Source of the DNA: a virus
Taxonomy: Duplodnaviria > Caudoviricetes
Length of the DNA: 64,000 nucleotides
IMG/VR virus record: IMGVR_UViG_2839026242_000001
Location: 32,001 to 96,000 of that record
Direction: 5' to 3' (one strand)
Shown: one piece after another, positions 57,098 to 64,000 of the stretch
How the letters are laid out: each line of letters starts with the position of its first letter
How positions within the stretch are numbered: the first letter of the stretch is position 1
Made by a program: the position numbers and the translations under genes
Notes under the pieces: model-generated
What the model saw: only the letters and a program-made list of their open reading frames with translations
What the model was told of the DNA's origin: nothing
The model's database searches: none

Positions 57098-57225
57098 CTA
57101 AAAATAATAAATTCAACAAAACAAAATCACGTCTAATAATTGTGCAATTCGAACATTTCTTCATTTAAATTAAAAAAGAAAAAGACTTTACATCTTTGCA
57201 AAGTCTTCAACAAGTTATTAATTGT

Positions 57226-57897
57226 TCAAAAAAACCTGCTCATATCTAGTTTCCCTGGTTCGTAATAAATATCAAATGCTCGGTTTAACAAAAAAACATC
57301 ATTCAAGCTTTCTTTGCCAAACATTATTTGGGCAATTTGTTCTTTGGTAGGCTCGTTAATCATTTTTAACTCGAAATAACGCTTTATGTGACCATGCATT
57401 TGTTTCACATCTCTTGCCCAAGGATATAGCACTTTCATACCAGCAGATAAAGCTCGAATTTCCGAAAGAGTGTATGTCTCATCCACTATTCTTTGAACAG
57501 CAGATTTCCCAGAAGCCATATCTTTGGCTCCCACACCAAATCTAATTACACACGTAGTTCCTACATGCAGCTTATTACCGTTTATTTTATTCTGAATGAT
57601 AAGGTTATATCGAAGATTTTCTTGTCCGCATAGCTGACAAGTTGAATAAAATTCAACAGGAGGCTTCTCAGAAAAATACGACATATTATCTAATGTATTT
57701 TGATCGATCCAGTCTACATATTCCCATTCACTTTTTGCTTCGTCGAAATTTTGACTTACACTTAGTCTCAAAAGATTATCAACTACTATTTTACGTGGTT
57801 TTGTGCTAATCTCCCCGTCCTTGTACTTCGCTAACATAGCCAAAATATTAGGCTTTTTTGATCGTCTACCTTTGACTTTTCTTTTCGTGTATCGCAA
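57226..57897 (-). CDS. Hypothetical protein with Zn-finger-like motif
   Basis: EAKSEW...CQLCG...HVGTTC. Confidence 0.7.
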   Translation of the reverse strand: MRYTKRKVKGRRSKKPNILAMLAKYKDGEISTKPRKIVVDNLLRLSVSQNFDEAKSEWEYVDWIDQNTLDNMSYFSEKPPVEFYSTCQLCGQENLRYNLIIQNKINGNKLHVGTTCVIRFGVGAKDMASGKSAVQRIVDETYTLSEIRALSAGMKVLYPWARDVKQMHGHIKRYFELKMINEPTKEQIAQIMFGKESLNDVFLLNRAFDIYYEPGKLDMSRFF

Positions 57898-57973
57898 GTC
57901 AATTCACACCTTTGCATAATAGATAAGGTGTTTTCTACGATGACTGTTATAGTTATTGCGCACCATTAACTCT

Positions 57974-58003
57974 ATTATACCATAAGACGCAAGCATATGT
58001 TCG
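57974..58003 (-). promoter_or_regulatory. Extended -10 plus imperfect LexA box
   Basis: CGAACATATGCTTG (58003-57990) upstream of TGGTATAAT. Confidence 0.5.
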
Positions 58004-58358
58004 ATAAATCTGTCTTCTTGCAAAGGAAATGTTGATTTTTTGAATATGGCTAATTGATTTGCAATATCTAAAAAACGGGACGACTTGCAGCAATTAATCC
58101 AAATGTTAAATGATGAGAATATCCATCACTTGCAACTATTAAAAAAATACTTTATATCAAATAACGATTTGAACGAATTTTATTTACTTGCGCATGTACG
58201 ACACAAAGCATGTTCGCCAATAGGTACACCATCTGCGAAAACTGTATATGCACATTCTTCTGGGTGATCTACTTCTATTAACTTATCGCAATCCTCACAT
58301 ATAACTGTAATCATATTACACCCTCCCTAAATTTGAATAAATTCAGACTTTGCTTGGT

Positions 58359-58568
58359 TTATGAGCAAATATACTTTAGCGTTTCTTTATAGCATTGTAG
58401 ACAAAGCTCTTCATCTACTCCGATAATATTCAATATTCTTATTAAATTTTTATTGCTATACATACCACAACTGGTACACATTCGTAATTCTTCTCTGTAT
58501 TCCTTGTTATTTATTTTCATTTCCGCCTCCCATGAAACTATGCTTTTGTGCCGTTTTCTTCTATCCAC
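58359..58568 (-). CDS. Small Zn-finger protein
   Basis: CTSC...CLQC; start probably MKINN. Confidence 0.55.
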   Translation of the reverse strand: MDRRKRHKSIVSWEAEMKINNKEYREELRMCTSCGMYSNKNLIRILNIIGVDEELCLQCYKETLKYICS

Positions 58569-58831
58569 TCAGGAAAGTTTTCACGCATGAACCCATTATA
58601 ACGTTCTTTGACTGGTTCAAATTTTTCTTCTAGATAAGCAAATGACAATACACAATGTTTTGCGTAGAAGTCCATAGCCTCTTCGATATTTTTTATATCT
58701 CGTTTTAGCAATTCTGGTGTCGTTGGCGAAGCGTTACGCTCATGCATATCCATACATAAAATAACAAATTTAATTCTTTCCGAAATGCCTGTATATAAGC
58801 AGCTTGCAACACCAGCAGGAACAATTTCCAT
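58538..58831 (-). CDS. Hypothetical protein
   Basis: ORF. Confidence 0.65.
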   Translation of the reverse strand: MEIVPAGVASCLYTGISERIKFVILCMDMHERNASPTTPELLKRDIKNIEEAMDFYAKHCVLSFAYLEEKFEPVKERYNGFMRENFPEWIEENGTKA

Positions 58832-59060
58832 ATGTTATCCTATCCCTATGGATTTATTTTATTAATCCAACATCGTCTGGCTTAATTTCTCCATTAAGAA
58901 GCTTTGTAAGTCGTTCTCTGGTTTCATCGATGAGAGCTTTTAAGCCTTCAACAGTATTGTATCCATCATAACCGATCAAAATATCTCTTGTGTCTTCAAG
59001 AAACAGACGCTCGTGCTTTTCCATTAATCGATACCCTCCTTTTCAGTTTGAAATATCATA

Positions 59061-59136
59061 TGGCGTCCCAGACAGGATTCGAACCTGTGCATGATCGCTT
59101 AGAAGACAATTGCCTTATCCGCTTGGCTACTGGGAC
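59061..59136 (-). tRNA. tRNA-Arg(UCU)
   Basis: Cloverleaf GTCCCAG...CT-TCT-AA...GGTTCGAATCC...CTGGGAC-G-CCA. Confidence 0.92.
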
Positions 59137-59137
59137 A

Positions 59138-59213
59138 TGGTGGATCTGACAGGGTATGATCCTGCAACCTCGCTGTTATGAGCAGCTTGCTCTGCCAATT
59201 GAGCTACAGATCC
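59138..59213 (-). tRNA. tRNA with CAU anticodon, probably Ile2 (lysidine) rather than Met
   Basis: GGATCTG...CT-CAT-AA...CAGATCC-A-CCA; atypical T-loop ATCATAC. Confidence 0.85.
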
Positions 59214-59600
59214 AAGATAGGAGCCAGTATGTACTGGTTGTTACTCTTCTTCTTGACGCAATCCAGCCTCTTCAATGCTACATTGCCATTTTTCATTGTA
59301 GAAATAATTCAACCGTTTACACCTGCAATACCAAACATGGGCAAATCGGTTTCAGGATCATTGTAGCGATCATCTCTTATAATTTGCATTGTTTTAGACG
59401 ATTCAATGATTATACGATCCTTTTTGCTGAGATTCATTGTCCTCATCTCCTATAAATATGTATTTAACTTTGCCATTCTTGATAATATTGCTCTATGCTG
59501 TCAGAAAACTGATACTTATACTCCCTTAATTCGCGCCATGTTAGTTCATTGTTTACCCATTTTTCGAGAAGTGCAATAAACCTACGAATTTCTACTTTGT

Positions 59601-60113
59601 TCATTGACAGATCACCTCCCTTTGCTTATCTAGAATAATACTGATTAATTGCTCTAAATCTGTCTCGAAAATATCTGTATTTGAAAAGTGATTACATGTA
59701 GGGAATACCGTTATTTTGTTACCTTTTACCCTGAAACTAAAGATTGTTACTCCATTCAGTTGCACGTGGTTATAATTTTTAATTACTTTATTTTTGACTA
59801 CCTTTGCGCTAGTGTCGTATTCAATTTGTTCAATTACATCATCAGTTGTCATTTCAATTTCATTTTCAATCGTAAAGGATTTACCTTCAAAATAATCTTC
59901 AATTGGCATTTCAATTTCAAACTTCTCACCTGCAATGAATCCAACCAATGTAACTTTGTCTTCCGTAACAATTTCTTCGCAATTTTCTGCATAAATGAAG
60001 TTTGTTGTTGCCCAATCGCTGAACATTTGAAAATCATCTTCTTTTACAATCTGGCTTGTTACTGGATGCATGATCATTCTCCCAATGTATTCGATAGTCG
60101 CAGCATTTTGCAT
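59601..60113 (-). CDS. Hypothetical protein
   Basis: ORF with RBS. Confidence 0.7.
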   Translation of the reverse strand: MQNAATIEYIGRMIMHPVTSQIVKEDDFQMFSDWATTNFIYAENCEEIVTEDKVTLVGFIAGEKFEIEMPIEDYFEGKSFTIENEIEMTTDDVIEQIEYDTSAKVVKNKVIKNYNHVQLNGVTIFSFRVKGNKITVFPTCNHFSNTDIFETDLEQLISIILDKQREVICQ

Positions 60114-60274
60114 ATGTATTACCTCTCCTTCATTTATTTTATATTCTTATTGTACTATTCTACGACCTTTTAAGCAATATGTTTTTTATTAATTTTATAT
60201 TATAAAAGCCACCTTTTTCGGTGACTTTTGAATCAAACCAGACTTTGATTACCTTCTTTAGTTGTTACGTAAAA

Positions 60275-60850
60275 TCACGGGCTTTCTACCGATTTCAGAA
60301 TAATACTTCGGCCATTGCAAGTTGGGCATAACCAGATTGGAATTCCCTTTTCTAATTTATAACTGTTTCCTTTGCAATCTGGACACGTATCCCTAACTGC
60401 AACCTTAAAATCGTGTTTTCTACCTTTGCGATCTCTAAAAGATAGCTTTTTACCTTTCAAAGCCTCCCTGATCTTCTCCTCTGTCACATGTGTATATCCA
60501 AGTAGTTTATCACGTTCCCACAAATCAGTTCGCCCCTCGATATATCTAAACGCTTCACACGTTATTATAGAGCAACCATTCACCTTGTCGTATTTCAAAT
60601 TGCAATCCTCTGATCGACTACATACATAATCGCAAAGTTTACCCATAACCTCCCATTCACGACCACCAGAAAGCTTTTCCCTGTCTACTTTAAAAACCCC
60701 GCGACAGGATTTCGGCACTTTTTTGAAGGGGAACGCTTTCAAATTCCCCATGTTCGGTTTTGCAGTACATTCGTACCATGTGCCGTAACAAGTTCCATAT
60801 TCTCCATACTCTGATTCTTCATGATAATTTGCGCAATTTTCACATCCCAT
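60275..60850 (-). CDS. Cys-rich hypothetical protein
   Basis: Several CxxC motifs. Confidence 0.7.
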   Translation of the reverse strand: MGCENCANYHEESEYGEYGTCYGTWYECTAKPNMGNLKAFPFKKVPKSCRGVFKVDREKLSGGREWEVMGKLCDYVCSRSEDCNLKYDKVNGCSIITCEAFRYIEGRTDLWERDKLLGYTHVTEEKIREALKGKKLSFRDRKGRKHDFKVAVRDTCPDCKGNSYKLEKGIPIWLCPTCNGRSIILKSVESP

Positions 60851-60883
60851 AATTTTAACACCTCACTTTACCCAACTATTGTC

Positions 60884-60972
60884 TCAAATCCCCTTTATGT
60901 AGGTATCAAACTCAGGCTTTGTCATGCCTGTTATCTGCTTATATGCATCATCAAGCGTAACGGTATCCGATT
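60884..60972 (-). pseudogene. 3' relic of a 4530-4790 paralog
   Basis: SDTVTLDDAYKQITGMTKPEFDTYIKGI* vs SDTVTIDDAYKEITGKTKAEFDTYLNG. Confidence 0.75.
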
Positions 60973-61025
60973 CAAAACTGACTTGTTTATAATCAACCAT
61001 ATTCTTTACCTCACATTAATAACAT

Positions 61026-61253
61026 TTAATAAACATCCACATTAACCACTTCAACCTCGTCAAGTTGTTTCAAACCTTCTATGTAGTTACGCGCCTGTTC
61101 TCTGGTATTGAAATCTGTTTTTGTTAGCATACAATCATCTTCCCATTTATTCTCTTCGCTGTCCCAATATTGAACAATAACTCTGGGCTGTGTGTTATCT
61201 GCAAAATAGTTAATTCTGATTTTCGTTTTCTCCATTTGGATTCCTCCAATCAT
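61026..61253 (-). CDS. Hypothetical protein
   Basis: ORF; start probably MEKTK. Confidence 0.65.
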   Translation of the reverse strand: MIGGIQMEKTKIRINYFADNTQPRVIVQYWDSEENKWEDDCMLTKTDFNTREQARNYIEGLKQLDEVEVVNVDVY

Positions 61254-61493
61254 ATAACGCCCTGCTGTCTTAGTTTAATTAAATTTTACTTTTATTTAAT
61301 TAGTTCTTCACCATCTTCTGTTACCTTATACAGTCTTACGTTGAAAACTTCACTATCATTTTTCCACTGATTGTATTTAGATTCTGCCTTGCTGTAATCG
61401 AATATTGGATCAGTAGCCAATGGTGCAATATCCATATCTGCTACAACTATGTAATACATTTAACAACCCTCCATTTTCAATACAATTCCACTT

Positions 61494-61769
61494 TTATTGT
61501 ATTTTCGATATGACAAATTCAGTTATTTTGTTTAAGTCTCTTGAATTAAAATTCTCCATCTCAATTATTTCACCGTTCACCTTTTTATAAATACATGTAG
61601 TGCGTTTGCCAACTGTAGCAAACCAGTCTAAATTTCTGAAACGCGCCCTACCTCCGATAACTGCAATTCTCCCCTGTTCTTTTGCAGTTTCTACTCCATG
61701 TAAAGCTAACTTTGTTTGACCGTCTTCAACAAAACCATTTTCTAAGAGGAATTGGATTACTTTATCCAT
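61494..61769 (-). CDS. Hypothetical protein
   Basis: ORF. Confidence 0.65.
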   Translation of the reverse strand: MDKVIQFLLENGFVEDGQTKLALHGVETAKEQGRIAVIGGRARFRNLDWFATVGKRTTCIYKKVNGEIIEMENFNSRDLNKITEFVISKIQ

Positions 61770-61807
61770 TTCATTTCCCCCTGATAAAATTTCAATTTAT
61801 TTGGTTT

Positions 61808-62227
61808 CTAAAAATAAGTTTCAACTTTTGAAGATATGATTGTTTTCAGTCTTCTTACATTCTTGCTGTTGTGACCCATTACAAGGTCATAGAACGCATT
61901 CGCAAATAACTCTTCTTGATCTGTTTCGTTATATTCTGTGACCAATCCAACATTGCTATTATCGAATAATACGTGATGCAAGAAATGACCAAACTCATGC
62001 AAGAAAATTTCTTCTATTTCTTCTTCTGAAAGTGAACTATCTAAGTAAATAGTTCTGTTATTTGGTAAGTAGCCACCCAATACCCAATCATCATCTTGCT
62101 TGAGAAGATTTGCTGGAATAAACTCAACTTTAGGCAAGAATGGGAGTTGATTAATGTTCAAAATGTCGGTATTAATGATTTCAAGATTATCTGCAATCAA
62201 CTTCTTTTTATTCTTCATGATAGCCAC
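61808..62227 (-). CDS. HExxH zinc metallopeptidase-like protein (ImmA/IrrE-like fold)
   Basis: GGY...IYLD...FLHEFGHFL...EELFANAF. Confidence 0.75.
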   Translation of the reverse strand: MAIMKNKKKLIADNLEIINTDILNINQLPFLPKVEFIPANLLKQDDDWVLGGYLPNNRTIYLDSSLSEEEIEEIFLHEFGHFLHHVLFDNSNVGLVTEYNETDQEELFANAFYDLVMGHNSKNVRRLKTIISSKVETYF

Positions 62228-62284
62228 TCCTCAGCCTAATTTTATCATTTGAGTTATTCCAATCAAATCCACTTTTATTGAGAT

Positions 62285-62500
62285 TTATTGATTGGATGGC
62301 TCTTCTGTATCAACAATGTTATACGTCTTTATAATTTTATGATTCTCAAAAGGCATTGTTATTTTAACTTCCCATCCATTCTTAGCATTTTTCTCAGCAT
62401 ATTTCATTGCACCCTTAAGCGTGTTATAATGTCCAAAAAATTGATGAGAGAAAGCAGTGTTTGCATTGCGAATTGTTACATGTACCATGTATTTTTTCAC
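62285..62500 (-). CDS. Hypothetical protein
   Basis: ORF. Confidence 0.6.
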   Translation of the reverse strand: MKKYMVHVTIRNANTAFSHQFFGHYNTLKGAMKYAEKNAKNGWEVKITMPFENHKIIKTYNIVDTEEPSNQ

Positions 62501-62694
62501 AATACCACCCCTTATCTATAAGATAGATTCCCATGAAATCTCAATTTGAATTGGTTTTGTTCTTTGGAGCACCATTTCTACAATTTACACAAACATAGCC
62601 ATAAAATGCTTTTTTCCATCCATTCGGTAGAGTCACTTCATCCTTAACTGAATGACAAACTGAGCATTTATATTCCATATCTATCTCTTCCTTA

Positions 62695-62901
62695 TTAATG
62701 TATTTTTACTTTACCACCAGCAATATGTAAGACAAATAATGCTTTATTACTTCTGTTCATTTCAATTCCTTCGATCTGCACTGTGTCCATGAGAAATTTT
62801 CCATCTTCCCCTGCTTTTGCCATACCTCTTTTGGATACTCCGAGCCAATCAACAGTAAACTCAATCATGATTTCCCCTCCTTTTTTCTTTAAAAGGATCA
62901 A
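62695..62901 (-). CDS. Hypothetical protein
   Basis: ORF; start probably MIEFT. Confidence 0.55.
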   Translation of the reverse strand: MILLKKKGGEIMIEFTVDWLGVSKRGMAKAGEDGKFLMDTVQIEGIEMNRSNKALFVLHIAGGKVKIH

Positions 62902-62905
62902 TTTA

Positions 62906-63133
62906 TTAGGATACTTGAATTAATTCATAGTTTCTATGCAGCCAATCAATCACATCATCTTCAGTTACATACTTGTTTTCAGTTCTATTGTTACCGATTT
63001 TCCATTGAATCGTTAGGTATAAACAGTCATTTTTGTTCTCTACCATAATTTCATTTACTCCAGCATCCAGTTTGAAAACCTCATATTTGTTTAATAATTC
63101 TTTTGCCATTTCTCTTGTCACTTTCATTTTCAT
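62906..63133 (-). CDS. Hypothetical protein
   Basis: ORF. Confidence 0.6.
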   Translation of the reverse strand: MKMKVTREMAKELLNKYEVFKLDAGVNEIMVENKNDCLYLTIQWKIGNNRTENKYVTEDDVIDWLHRNYELIQVS

Positions 63134-63379
63134 TGCTTCCTCAATTTTGAATAAAAATATAGATTAATTCAGCTTTTTCTGCTATTAATTAGCGATGCTC
63201 CTTAGCTGTTATGACTATTTGATATATTTATTATACACCAAAGCTCTTAGATACTCAACCGAATCTTTTTATATTTTTATTTTATTTTCAAATAAAACAC
63301 GCAGCAATAATAGCTATAAAAAGCAAAACTGGCATAATGACTTCACCGAGAACATAATCTACTTTATCTTGACTCATTT

Positions 63380-63715
63380 TTAGCCCCTCTTATTTAGTGC
63401 TGTTTCTGTTCTTACACCTTCTGTTCTCTCTATACCTATCAATCCATCAACCGTGTTATCAGGATCAAAATAAGCAATCACTATATCACCAACTGCTATC
63501 TCTTTATTGGTTATGTCTGAGAAAATGTTTTCTTCAACAAAGTATATGTTGCTGCTGTCAGATACACCACTTCCCCAATATTGTCCATTTTCGACTTTGG
63601 TGATTTTGTAGATAAATACTGCGTAATTACCACATGCAGATGCAAAAGATGATGTACAAAATACAATTCCCACCACTAGTAGCATCGTTGTCAAGTATTT
63701 GAAAATAGTACTCAT
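63380..63715 (-). CDS. Secreted/exported hypothetical protein
   Basis: Signal-peptide-like N-terminus ending ASA. Confidence 0.65.
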   Translation of the reverse strand: MSTIFKYLTTMLLVVGIVFCTSSFASACGNYAVFIYKITKVENGQYWGSGVSDSSNIYFVEENIFSDITNKEIAVGDIVIAYFDPDNTVDGLIGIERTEGVRTETALNKRG

Positions 63716-64000
63716 TTATACACGCCACCTTTTATTTAATTTAATTTATTTAATCCTCAATCATTTCCCCTGTTTTCGGGTTGTATAGATTGATCCAGCC
63801 CTTCTCCTTGTGTTCGTATATCTCTAGTCCGTCTCCTGTCTTGCCGTTATATGTCCACTGGTCTTTCCCTAGAATACCTCTCCTGTGTGCTATTCCAGTC
63901 ATTTGAAACCCTCCCTGTTATTTTGGGTTATCCTGCCCTATCCTGATAAATCAAGACAAGGCTGGATGATTATTTTTACTTGCTATTTAAAAATATTAGT

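Larger units (their letters stand above)
89..63168. repeat. Dispersed gene-junction inverted repeat ATNAAA-N6-TTTNAT (class I), about 50 copies plus about 9 N5 variants
   Basis: e.g. 89 ATCAAAccattaTTTTAT, 2908 ATAAAAtcgacaTTTGAT, 42535 ATGAAAtgttcaTTTCAT, 47148 ATCAAAccctcaTTTGAT, 48890 ATAAAAtccccaTTTTAT, 60232 ATCAAAccagacTTTGAT; at gene junctions, usually between a stop codon and the next RBS. Confidence 0.85.
1..64000 (-). mobile_element. SPbeta-like large temperate phage/prophage: early, replication and lysogeny-control region (ends not in window)
   Basis: Single coding strand, dense small ORFs, phage DnaE/primase/helicase cluster in SPbeta yor-like order, aimR-aimP and yopQ-yopR-like genes, multispecific C5 MTase. 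Confidence 0.9.

Noticed and set aside
89..63168. Junction repeats as a CRISPR array or as terminators
   Set aside because: Spacing is gene-sized and irregular, repeats are degenerate and there are no cas genes. The 6-bp AT arms without co-variation or a consistent U-tract are too weak for terminators.
1..64000. Plus-strand ORFs in the track
   Set aside because: They are antisense shadows of minus-strand genes, with no convincing RBS or recognisable motifs.
1..64000. Diversity-generating retroelement or retron explaining the paralogs
   Set aside because: No reverse transcriptase, and the paralog differences are not adenine-specific.

Overview
About 64 kb of a large, AT-rich SPbeta-like temperate phage or prophage of a Bacillales host; the Brevibacillus/Paenibacillus-like host guess is inference. 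Essentially every real gene is on the minus strand. The window holds (i) an SPbeta yorF-yorL-like replication operon (SSB-like, AAA/Sak4-like, loader-like, helicase, primase, Cas4-like nuclease, DnaE) and two DNA methyltransferases; (ii) a lysis-lysogeny island at 32.6-42.1 kb with an arbitrium-like AimR plus an unannotated 37-aa AimP-like propeptide, yopQ/yopR(mrpR)-like genes, and directly behind them a six-gene agr-like cyclic-peptide module (7TM protein, AgrB, unannotated AgrD, stand-alone LytTR, REC-LytTR regulator, kinase lacking its phospho-His); (iii) an intact IS200/IS605 element splitting a small gene, AbrB, a solo MazF and two tRNAs; (iv) long arrays of small accessory genes. Most junctions in those arrays carry an 18-bp imperfect inverted repeat ATNAAA-N6-TTTNAT (about 50 copies by eye), with a second junction motif in two sub-blocks. 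This looks like an integron-like gene-cassette system and, together with the dual peptide signalling island, is the best candidate for an undescribed system. All calls come from reading the sequence; no database searches were run.
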